From positions 1,692-65,691 of the forward strand of contig DBFABM010000020.1 in NCBI GenBank assembly GCA_048194085.1: 64,000 nucleotides of DNA, written 5' to 3'. Shown in pieces: positions 1 through 7,668 of the stretch. Numbering within the stretch: the first letter of the stretch is position 1; each line of letters opens with the position of its first letter. The notes beneath the pieces are model-generated. The model was not told the DNA's origin. It did not search any database and saw only the letters and a program-made list of their open reading frames with translations. The stretch is from Collinsella aerofaciens. Its GTDB lineage: Bacteria > Actinomycetota > Coriobacteriia > Coriobacteriales > Coriobacteriaceae. The position numbers and the translations under genes were made by a program.

Positions 1-1
1 C

Positions 2-805
2 AGCTTTACGCGTGCTGCAGAGCGGCTGAACTATTCGCAGTCGGGCGTGAGCCGCATGGTGGGCGACCTTGAGGCGGACTGGGGTTTTAAGGTGCTTGAT
101 CGCAGCCGCGAGGGCGTAGTGCTTTCTGCCGACGGGCGGCAGGTCATGCCGGCAGTCGAGGCGCTCTGCGAGGAATTCACTCGCTTGCAGCGACGCGTGG
201 ACGAGATGCGTGGGCTCATGCGCGGCAAGATCTGCATCGGTACGTTTTCGAGTGTGGCGACCCACGTGCTGCCGCCGGTGATTGCGCGCTTTCGCGCCGA
301 TCATCCGGATGTCGATTACGAGCTGTTGATGGGTGATTACTCCGAGATTGAGCAATGGGTGGCGGAAGGCCGCTGCGACCTGGGCTTTATTCCGCGCGAG
401 CCACGCGGCGCCGGTATGGCGTCGCGGCCGTTGGTGCAAGACGAGCTGATGGCCGTGGTGCCAGCGGACTCCTCGCTTGCCGCGGCGGAGGTCGTCTCTC
501 TTGCCGATTTGGCCAACGAGCAGTTTATTCTGCTGGAACGCGGTAGCGACGACGAGATTACGCCGCTGTTTCGTCGCGCGGGTCTGGCGGTGCGCTCTAA
601 GCTGTCGACCTGGGATGACTATGCGATTATGGCTATGGTCGAGGACGGCCTGGGCGTGAGCATTCTTCCGGCGCTCATCTTGCGCCGCTGCCAGTTCGAT
701 GTCGCCGTGCGCCCGCTCGAGGGACATCCTCATCGGCAGATCAATGCAATATATCGCACGGCTGACGTTTCGCTTGCCGCTGCTCGATTCCTTGAATACC
801 TCTAA
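2..805 (+). CDS. LysR-family transcriptional regulator, 5' end cut by window edge
   Basis: Frame 2 reads SFTRAAERLNYSQSGVSRMVGDLE... (LysR HTH recognition region) from the first bases with no start codon. A LysR effector-domain-like region follows; stop TAA at 803-805. Confidence 0.85.
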   Translation, partial: SFTRAAERLNYSQSGVSRMVGDLEADWGFKVLDRSREGVVLSADGRQVMPAVEALCEEFTRLQRRVDEMRGLMRGKICIGTFSSVATHVLPPVIARFRADHPDVDYELLMGDYSEIEQWVAEGRCDLGFIPREPRGAGMASRPLVQDELMAVVPADSSLAAAEVVSLADLANEQFILLERGSDDEITPLFRRAGLAVRSKLSTWDDYAIMAMVEDGLGVSILPALILRRCQFDVAVRPLEGHPHRQINAIYRTADVSLAAARFLEYL

Positions 806-864
806 ACGTGTACACGTCATTGTTCGCTTTGGGCAAATCTCGGAGTCTGGTACATTTTCTTATG

Positions 865-949
865 AAATTGAACTTTCGAATGAGGCACGGCGTTATACTG
901 CTGCCTAAATTGAACCTTGGTTCAATTCGTGTTCTATAAATTGAACTTT
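865..949 (+). promoter_or_regulatory. Candidate operator/promoter: three AAATTGAAC(T/C)TT repeats upstream of the HTH-aminotransferase
   Basis: AAATTGAACTTT at 865 and 938, AAATTGAACCTT at 907. The middle copy is half of the perfect palindrome AATTGAACC-TT-GGTTCAATT (908-927). The third copy overlaps a TATAAA -10-like hexamer (935-940), 28 nt before GTG 968. Confidence 0.45.
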
Positions 950-967
950 GCCAGCAAGGAGGTTCTA

Positions 968-2488
968 GTGGCCCAAGAGACGTTTAGCGATCGCCTGCGA
1001 CAGACTATGTCCGATCGCGACGTTCGCCAGTCGGACGTAATCCGCGCATCGGAGATGCTCGGCAAAAAACTCGGCAAGAGTCAGATGAGCCAATATGTGA
1101 GCGGCAAGACGATTCCGCGGCGCGATGTGGCAGAGCTGCTCGCCCGCATTTTGGAGGTCGATGTTACCTGGCTGCTTGCCGGTGACGCCGATCAAGGCGA
1201 GGCATCATCGCCCCGTAACGTTTCCAAGCCCGAACCCCATCCCTCAGCTCAAATTCCAAGGAGCGCCACCATGCGTACTTTTTCTAAATCCACCAAGCTT
1301 GATAACGTCCTGTATGATGTGCGCGGTCCCGTCGTCGACGAGGCTGCCCGTATGGAGGACGAGGGCGAGCGCATCCTCAAGCTCAATATCGGCAACCCGG
1401 CGCCCTTCGGTTTCCGCACGCCCGACGAGGTCATCAAGGATATGCGCCAGCAGCTGCCCGATTGCGAAGGCTATTCCAACTCGCGCGGCTTGTTCTCTGC
1501 GCGCAAGGCGATTATGCAGTACTCCCAGATCAAGGGCCTGCCCAATGTTCAGATGGAGCACATCTACACAGGCAACGGCGTGTCCGAACTTATTCAGCTT
1601 TCGATGAACGCGCTGCTCGACAATGGCGACGAGATTCTGATCCCTAGCCCCGACTATCCGCTGTGGACGGCGTGCGCAACCCTTGCCGGCGGTCATCCCG
1701 TGCACTATCTGTGCGATGAACAGGCGGATTGGTATCCCGACTTGGAGGATATGGAGTCCAAGATTACGAGTGCGACCAAAGCCCTCGTCATCATCAACCC
1801 CAACAACCCCACGGGTTCTGTCTATCCGCGCGAGGTGCTCGAGGGCATCGTCGAGATTGCACGCAGGCATCAGCTGATGATCTTTGCCGATGAGATCTAC
1901 GACCGCCTGTGCATGGACGGCTACGAGCACGTCTCGATTGCCTCGCTCGCTCCCGACCTGCCCTGCGTTACCTTTAGCGGCCTTTCCAAGTCGCACATGA
2001 TCGCGGGCTATCGTATTGGCTGGATGGTGCTTTCGGGCAACCAGCGCTGCATGAGCGACTTCATCATGGGCATCAACATGCTCTCCAACATGCGCCTGTG
2101 CTCCAACGTGCCGGCTCAGTCGATCGTTCAGACGGCGCTCGGCGGCCATCAGTCCGTTAACGACTACATCCGTCCCGGCGGCCGTGTCTACGAGCAGCGC
2201 AACTTTGTGTATGAGGCGCTCAACAAGATTGACGGCATCTCGGTGGTCAAGCCGCGCGCGGCGTTCTACATCTTCCCCAAGATGGATGTTAAGAAGTTCA
2301 ACATCACCGATGACGAGCAGTTTGCCCTCGACCTGCTGCACGAGAAGAAGATTCTGATCACGCGCGGCGGCGGCTTCAACTGGGCTGAGCCCGACCACTT
2401 CCGCATCGTGTACCTGCCGCGCATGGAAGTACTCAAAGAGTCCCTCGAAGACCTCGCCGACTTCTTTGACCATTACCGCCAGTCGTAG
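968..2488 (+). CDS. Bifunctional XRE-type HTH domain / class I-II PLP aminotransferase (AlaA-like)
   Basis: Start set at GTG 968, 5 nt after AGGAGG (957-962). N-terminal ~70 aa is an XRE HTH (KSQMSQYVSGKTIPRRD), followed by a Pro/Ser linker. The rest is an alanine-aminotransferase-like domain (LNIGNPAPFGF, NPNNPTG, SKSHMIAGYRIGW). Confidence 0.9.
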   Translation: MAQETFSDRLRQTMSDRDVRQSDVIRASEMLGKKLGKSQMSQYVSGKTIPRRDVAELLARILEVDVTWLLAGDADQGEASSPRNVSKPEPHPSAQIPRSATMRTFSKSTKLDNVLYDVRGPVVDEAARMEDEGERILKLNIGNPAPFGFRTPDEVIKDMRQQLPDCEGYSNSRGLFSARKAIMQYSQIKGLPNVQMEHIYTGNGVSELIQLSMNALLDNGDEILIPSPDYPLWTACATLAGGHPVHYLCDEQADWYPDLEDMESKITSATKALVIINPNNPTGSVYPREVLEGIVEIARRHQLMIFADEIYDRLCMDGYEHVSIASLAPDLPCVTFSGLSKSHMIAGYRIGWMVLSGNQRCMSDFIMGINMLSNMRLCSNVPAQSIVQTALGGHQSVNDYIRPGGRVYEQRNFVYEALNKIDGISVVKPRAAFYIFPKMDVKKFNITDDEQFALDLLHEKKILITRGGGFNWAEPDHFRIVYLPRMEVLKESLEDLADFFDHYRQS

Positions 2489-2511
2489 GGGATAGAAACT
2501 CCGCACTATGA

Positions 2512-2547
2512 AAAGCTCCCTGCAGTTGTTTTGCTGCAGGGAGCTTT
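2512..2547. terminator. Bidirectional hairpin terminator between convergent genes
   Basis: AAAGCTCCCTGCAG (2512-2525) pairs perfectly with CTGCAGGGAGCTTT (2534-2547). A run on one side and T-rich on the other. It lies between the aminotransferase stop and the def stop. Confidence 0.7.
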
Positions 2548-2562
2548 CTTGAATCGGCGGAA

Positions 2563-2973
2563 CTAAATAACAATCCCGTTGCAGTGGTCGATTTCGTGCT
2601 GGATGATCTCGGCGGTGTAGCCCGAGAAGTTTTTGATGCGGTGGACGAAGTTCTCGTCCAAATACTCCACCTTAATGCGGCGATAGCGGGTACAGGGACG
2701 CTCGCCGATCAGCGAGAGACATCCTTCGCTCGTCTGATAGGCATTGACCTGCTCAAGAATTTGAGGGTTGTACATCAGGAGTGTCCTGTTGCCGTCCTTT
2801 ACGCAGATGATGCGTTTGCGCACGCCAATCATGTTGGCGGCGAGGCCCACGCACTCGTGCTCATGCTCGTGGAGTGTATCCAGGAGGTCCTGCCCGGTCG
2901 CGGCATCGTCGGGTCCCGCGTCTTCGGAAGGCAGGCGCAAAAAGAACTCGGATTTCATGATGGGCTTAATCAT
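2563..2973 (-). CDS. def: Peptide deformylase-like protein, short 136-aa form
   Basis: Start moved to ATG 2973 (MIKPIMKSE), preceded by GAGGAG. Contains EGCLS and HEIDH metal-binding motifs. Motif 1 reads GLAANM instead of GxAAxQ. Confidence 0.8.
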   Translation of the reverse strand: MIKPIMKSEFFLRLPSEDAGPDDAATGQDLLDTLHEHEHECVGLAANMIGVRKRIICVKDGNRTLLMYNPQILEQVNAYQTSEGCLSLIGERPCTRYRRIKVEYLDENFVHRIKNFSGYTAEIIQHEIDHCNGIVI

Positions 2974-3178
2974 GGCGGGCTCCTCATGTCTCATGCTTTC
3001 GTGGACTTTTAATAATAGCGCGGAAGGAAAGCTGTGCGTCCGCGTTACAATCTTTCGACGTTGGACCATGTTGTCAGACTCGTCGTGTACGGCGTCTGGC
3101 GTAAGTCTAGGGCTCATTTTTCGCCCTGGACTGTTCCTCTGGGGCGATGCAACTGTCGTTCCAAGAGGAAGGAAATGC

Positions 3179-4594
3179 ATGGGGAGCAAATCTCAGCAAC
3201 AAGTTCAAGTAACGCCATCGGCCACTGCGGCGCTTCTCGTCGTTATGTATATTGCGGCCTTTGTTGCCGCGTTTAACGAGAACATCATTAACGTGGCGTT
3301 GCACGACATTATGGCGGCCTTTTCGGTGAGTGCCACCACGGCGCAGTGGCTCGTCTCGGGCTACATGATTGTGACGTCGATCTTTACGGCCATCATGGCC
3401 TTCCTGTCCGGCCGTTTCTCGACGCGCAAGCTGTTGTTTTTCGCATGCGGATGTATGGTCGCCGGCGAAGTCCTGTGTCTGATCGCTCCGTCGTTTAGCG
3501 TTTTGCTGCCAAGTCGTATTTTACAGGCTGCGGGATCGGGCATCTTGTTTCCGCTCATGATGAACGTGGTGCTGTCTTGCGCCCCGCGCGAGAAGCTCGG
3601 TCTGTATCTGAGCCTGGGTGGTGCCTGCATTACGCTAGGGCCGGCGTTTGGACCTGTGATCAGCGGTCTTATGTGCACGTTGTTTGGCTGGAGGGCGGTG
3701 TTCGTAGTGCCGCTGGTGGCCGGCATTGTGGTCGCTGCGGCGGGCGTAAAGCTTGTTCAGAATGTCGGAGAGCGCTCGAACACCACGCTTGATATTCTGT
3801 CGGTTGTTTTGCTCGCCGCCGGCATTACGGCATTTGTGTATTCCGTAGGCGAGTTCTCGACCAATCTGATTGCCGGCATCGTGACGCTTATCGCCGCCAT
3901 TGTGCTGCTCGGCCTGTTTGCGGCCCGCCAGCTCAAACTCGAGCATCCGGTGCTTAACGTGCGTCCCATGGCGAGCGTTCGTTTTTGGCCTGCGTGCCTG
4001 CTTGTGGTGGTGTCGATGATGACGACGTTCTCGATGAGCGTTTTGTTGCCGCTCTATTTTGAGGGCGCATACGGCATGACCGCACTTGTTGCGGGCTTGC
4101 TCATTTTGCCGGCGATTGCCTGTAACGCCGTGACCTCGATTGTGGGCGGACGCGTGATGGACGCCCGTGGCGCATGGCCGCTGCTGCCGGTCGGCTTTGC
4201 CCTGATTGCCGTGGGGCAGACTGCCATCTCGATGACGGCGGCGAGTATGAACATCGGCGTCGTTGTGGCGCTGACCGTTGTGGTGTATGCCGGAGTCGGT
4301 TTGGTGCTGAGCCCCTCGCAAACGGCCGGATTGGAGACGCTGCCTGCCGCTGAACATCCTCACGGAACGGCATTGCTTAACACGTGGAACATGATTGCCG
4401 CATCGTTTGGCCCGTCCCTGTTTATCGGCCTGCTCTCGAGTTCTGCAGCGACTGCCGGCGCGGCTGGCGCTGCGACCGACGTTGCCCAGGCGATTGGATT
4501 TGCAACTGCCGTGCGCGTGGCGGCCGTGATTGCCGTGGTCGGGTTTGTGGCGTCGCTGGTGTACGCTCGTCGCGAGTCACACATGTCGCATTAA
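3179..4594 (+). CDS. MFS transporter, DHA2/EmrB-like (about 14 TM segments by eye)
   Basis: Start at ATG 3179 (MGSKSQQQ); the upstream part of ORF 2768..4594 overlaps def antisense. Hydrophobic throughout, with an MFS drug:H+ antiporter-like N-terminal region (AAFNENIINVALHDI..., QWLVSGYM). Confidence 0.85.
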   Translation: MGSKSQQQVQVTPSATAALLVVMYIAAFVAAFNENIINVALHDIMAAFSVSATTAQWLVSGYMIVTSIFTAIMAFLSGRFSTRKLLFFACGCMVAGEVLCLIAPSFSVLLPSRILQAAGSGILFPLMMNVVLSCAPREKLGLYLSLGGACITLGPAFGPVISGLMCTLFGWRAVFVVPLVAGIVVAAAGVKLVQNVGERSNTTLDILSVVLLAAGITAFVYSVGEFSTNLIAGIVTLIAAIVLLGLFAARQLKLEHPVLNVRPMASVRFWPACLLVVVSMMTTFSMSVLLPLYFEGAYGMTALVAGLLILPAIACNAVTSIVGGRVMDARGAWPLLPVGFALIAVGQTAISMTAASMNIGVVVALTVVVYAGVGLVLSPSQTAGLETLPAAEHPHGTALLNTWNMIAASFGPSLFIGLLSSSAATAGAAGAATDVAQAIGFATAVRVAAVIAVVGFVASLVYARRESHMSH

Positions 4595-4746
4595 TGTGTG
4601 CACATAGATTCTGCAGCTAGATTAGATGGCGACACCATAAACTAATGGACGTTTTGCCGAGAGGCATGAATGTTTAAAGCGCAAAGAGTGCGCGACGGGC
4701 CCCGCGAATGGGGCGATGATGCCCGAGAGGGCCAAGAAGGAGTCTC

Positions 4747-5652
4747 ATGTCCGAGAACGAAGAGATCATGAACGAGACCGAGAACGAGACCATGACTGCC
4801 GAGGTCGAGGCAGTCGAGACCGTGGAGACCGAAGCTGCCGAGGTTGAGGCTGCTGACGAGGTTTCCGCCGAGGAGGAGGCCGAGGTTGTCGAGGCCGCCG
4901 TTGATTACGATGACGAAGAGCTGATGGACAAGATGCAGAAGGCCGCCCGCCTGCTGCGTAGCCGTCGCTTTGCTATTTCTAAGGAGGAGGAGGCCAAGGC
5001 CGAGCGCATGGCGAACATCGAGCGCGCCATCAAGCTTCTTGACCTCAAGCCCAAGATGGAGCAGAAGGAAATGTCCGACCTGCTGGGCATGCGCCTTCGT
5101 GAGCTCGATGGCCTGATGGCCGAGGCCGAGGCTGCCGATCTGGTCGGCCGCATCGACGACGCCGAGGGCGATATGCGCAAGATTGTTGTCTTCGCCGCCG
5201 AGGATGCCGCTGAGGGCCTGGTCGAGCTTGCCAACAAGAAGGAGAAGCTCCTGCCCGAGCTTTCTTACGAGGAGGCCACCGAGCTGATGGCCGCTCTCGA
5301 TAAGGTTATCGCTCCGCTCGTCGCCATGGGCCTGGACGAGGATCGCGGTCCTCGCGGCGGCCGTGACGACCGTGGTGGCCGTGGTGGCGACCGCGGCGGT
5401 CGCGGTGGCGACCGTGGCGGCCGTGGCGGCGATCGTGGCGGTCGCGGTGGCGATCGCGGCGGCCGTGGCGGCTTTGGTGACCGTGGCGGCGACCGTGGCG
5501 GTCGCGGCGGCTTCGGCGGCAACCGTGGTGGCTATGGCGACCGCGGCGGCAACCGTGGCGGCTTCGGCGGCAACCGCGGTAACGACCGCGGCGGTCGCGG
5601 TGGCGATCGTGGCGGCCGCAACGGTGGCGGCTTCCGCGGTAACCGTTTTTAG
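4747..5652 (+). CDS. Charge-segregated protein: acidic N-terminus, MarR-like winged-helix core, (D)RGGRGG-repeat C-terminal tail
   Basis: AAGGAG precedes ATG 4747. Residues 1-60 are E/D/T-rich. The centre looks like a MarR wHTH (KEMSDLLGMRLRELDGLMAEAEAADLVGRIDDAEGDMRKIVV). Residues ~199-301 are almost only R, G and D. Confidence 0.75.
   Translation: MSENEEIMNETENETMTAEVEAVETVETEAAEVEAADEVSAEEEAEVVEAAVDYDDEELMDKMQKAARLLRSRRFAISKEEEAKAERMANIERAIKLLDLKPKMEQKEMSDLLGMRLRELDGLMAEAEAADLVGRIDDAEGDMRKIVVFAAEDAAEGLVELANKKEKLLPELSYEEATELMAALDKVIAPLVAMGLDEDRGPRGGRDDRGGRGGDRGGRGGDRGGRGGDRGGRGGDRGGRGGFGDRGGDRGGRGGFGGNRGGYGDRGGNRGGFGGNRGNDRGGRGGDRGGRNGGGFRGNRF
5341..5649 (+). repeat. In-frame degenerate 21-nt tandem repeats encoding the RGG tail
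   Basis: Repeated GGCGACCG(C/T)GGCGG(T/C)CG(C/T)GGT units translate to GDRGGRG and are in frame with CDS 4747..5652. Confidence 0.85.
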
Positions 5653-5727
5653 TTACGGCGTTTTACCAAACGCCGTAACGGGCCGACGCTGCGCGGGCCA
5701 CATTTGGACAATCTGACGTTCAACTTC

Positions 5728-5762
5728 AAGGGCGCGACCAGAAGGTCAGCGCCCTTTCGTTT
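5728..5762 (+). terminator. Hairpin plus T-rich tail downstream of the RGG-tail gene
   Basis: AAGGGCGCGACC / GGTCAGCGCCCTT stem with one bulge, followed by TCGTTTC. A second hairpin, GTTACGGCG...CGCCGTAAC (5652-5679), abuts the stop codon. Confidence 0.55.
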
Positions 5763-6024
5763 CATGTCACCTTGCCTCAAATGCGACCCGCTCGCTGTCC
5801 GTCCTCTGCCTGCGGCGTTGTCTTGCTCCGGATGCGGCAGTTAGGGACGTTCCTTTTCTGCCGGCAGCTTGGGACACTCCTTGTAGTCATTGGGTGTTCT
5901 TAAACGACTACATAGAACAAGAGTGGATGATCTCCCGGTTTGAGCCTGCATTCAAGCTCAAAGTGGGAGATTATCCACTCTCATTTGTTGCGTGTCCGAA
6001 AATCCACGCTCGTTTCTACTCTGC

Positions 6025-6612
6025 CTACATTTGGAGGAAGAGCTCGTGGAGGCGGACGTCGTCGTCGAGTTCGGGGTGGAAGGTTACGCCGAGCTGGTTG
6101 CCCTGGCGCGCGGCGACGATACGGCCGTCGACTTTCGCTAAGGCCTTTGCGTCGCCGTGGACCTCGACGATGCGGGGCGCGCGGATAAACGTCAGCGGCA
6201 CTTCACCGTCGATGCCAGCTACCTGCCCCTTGGTTCGAAAGCTGCCGAGCTGCCTGCCGTAGGCATTGCGCTCGACAAGTACATCCATGGTTGCCAAACG
6301 CGGCGTGCCCTTATCGTCATGGGCGGCAAGGTCGTGAGCCAGTAGAATCAGGCCGGCGCAGGTGCCCAGGACGGGCATGCCTTCAACAATGTGGGTGCGA
6401 AGCTCATCGAGCATGCCGAGCTCGGCAAGTAGCTTGCCCTGAACGGTGGACTCGCCGCCGGGAAGTACCAGACGGTCAAAGTCCTGCTTCAAATCAGCCG
6501 CCTGCCTCAGCTCAATACAGTGTGCGCCAAGCTCAGCTAGTCTTGCCTCGTGCTCGGCAAAAGCGCCTTGGACCGCCAGCACGGCGACCGTCTGGTCTGC
6601 ATAATCGCTCAT
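6025..6612 (-). CDS. pdxT: Pyridoxal 5'-phosphate synthase glutaminase subunit PdxT
   Basis: VAVLAVQGAFAEH..., LVLPGGESTV, GTCAG active-site Cys region, FHPEL. It lies directly downstream of pdxS. Confidence 0.95.
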   Translation of the reverse strand: MSDYADQTVAVLAVQGAFAEHEARLAELGAHCIELRQAADLKQDFDRLVLPGGESTVQGKLLAELGMLDELRTHIVEGMPVLGTCAGLILLAHDLAAHDDKGTPRLATMDVLVERNAYGRQLGSFRTKGQVAGIDGEVPLTFIRAPRIVEVHGDAKALAKVDGRIVAARQGNQLGVTFHPELDDDVRLHELFLQM

Positions 6613-6632
6613 GTGCGATCCTTTCTGCTGGA

Positions 6633-7523
6633 CTAGCGCCCGCGCTCTTCCATGATAATCTCGATCTCGTCGGCGTTGATGCCCACCATGGCCTCGCCCA
6701 GGTCCTCCGAAAGCTCGGCGATGAGCTTGGCATCGGTGAAGTTTGCCACGGCCTTGACGATGGCGGCGGCGCGCTTGGCGGGGTCGCCGCTCTTAAAGAT
6801 GCCCGAGCCGACAAAGACGCCTTCGGCGCCCAGCTGCATCATCAGCGCGGCGTCGGCGGGGGTCGCTACGCCGCCGGCGGCAAAGTTCACGACGGGAAGC
6901 TTTCCCGTGGCATGGACCTCGCGCACCAGCTCGACCGGAACCTGCAGTTGCTTGGCTGCCTCAAAGAGCTCGTCGTCGCGCAGGGCAACAACGTCGCGGA
7001 TCTGCTTTTGGATTTTGCGCATGTGACGCACGGCCTGGACGACGTCGCCCGTACCCGGCTCACCCTTGGTGCGAATCATAGTGGCGCCCTCGGCAACACG
7101 GCGCAGCGCCTCGCCCAGATCGCGGGCGCCGCAGACAAATGGCACGTCAAACTGGGTCTTGTCGATGTGATAGACGTCATCGGCAGGGGAGAGAACCTCG
7201 GACTCGTCGATGTAATCGATCTCGATAGCCTGCAGGACCTGCGCCTCGACAATGTGACCGATGCGGCACTTGGCCATAACAGGGATGGAGACGGCCTCTT
7301 GGATGCCCTTGATCATCTTGGGGTCGCTCATGCGCGAGACGCCGCCTGCGGCACGGATGTCGGCCGGGATGCGCTCGAGTGCCATGACGGCGCAGGCGCC
7401 TGCCTCCTCGGCGATGCGTGCCTGCTCGGGCGTGGTGACGTCCATGATGACGCCGCCCTTGAGCATCTGCGCGAGTTCGCGATTGAGTTTGACGCGATCG
7501 GCCTTGCTGGTCTGTTCTGCCAT
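6633..7523 (-). CDS. pdxS: Pyridoxal 5'-phosphate synthase lyase subunit PdxS
   Basis: Start at ATG 7523 (MAEQTSK) after AAGGGAG. Hallmark PdxS sequence: [41 protein letters not shown], plus KGEPGTG. Confidence 0.95.
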   Translation of the reverse strand: MAEQTSKADRVKLNRELAQMLKGGVIMDVTTPEQARIAEEAGACAVMALERIPADIRAAGGVSRMSDPKMIKGIQEAVSIPVMAKCRIGHIVEAQVLQAIEIDYIDESEVLSPADDVYHIDKTQFDVPFVCGARDLGEALRRVAEGATMIRTKGEPGTGDVVQAVRHMRKIQKQIRDVVALRDDELFEAAKQLQVPVELVREVHATGKLPVVNFAAGGVATPADAALMMQLGAEGVFVGSGIFKSGDPAKRAAAIVKAVANFTDAKLIAELSEDLGEAMVGINADEIEIIMEERGR

Positions 7524-7584
7524 GGTTGCTCCCTTGGTTGGCATGTGCATTGTTTGACGGAACATCCTATCGGGGAGCTGGGTA

Positions 7585-7631
7585 TGACATAATACTCAGT
7601 TTTCGAGATAATAATAATGTCAGCCTAATAC
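7585..7631. promoter_or_regulatory. Candidate PdxR operator in the AT-rich pdxS-pdxR divergent intergenic region
   Basis: TGACAT (7585-7590) and ATGTCA (7617-7622) are inverted. ATAATAC (7589-7595) and CTAATAC (7625-7631) are direct. The region is locally AT-rich between divergent genes. Confidence 0.3.
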
Positions 7632-7668
7632 CAGATTGAACAGCTCGATAAGGTCAGGTGGCAAACTC

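Noticed and set aside
2768-3178. N-terminal 137-aa extension of the MFS ORF
   Set aside because: It overlaps the def gene on the opposite strand. It is hydrophilic and odd in composition. A good ATG (3179) opens directly into the first TM segment.
5341-5649. Periodic 21-nt repeats considered as a CRISPR-like or non-coding tandem array
   Set aside because: The repeats are contiguous with no spacers. They are in frame with and part of CDS 4747-5652 and translate to a coherent RGG tail.
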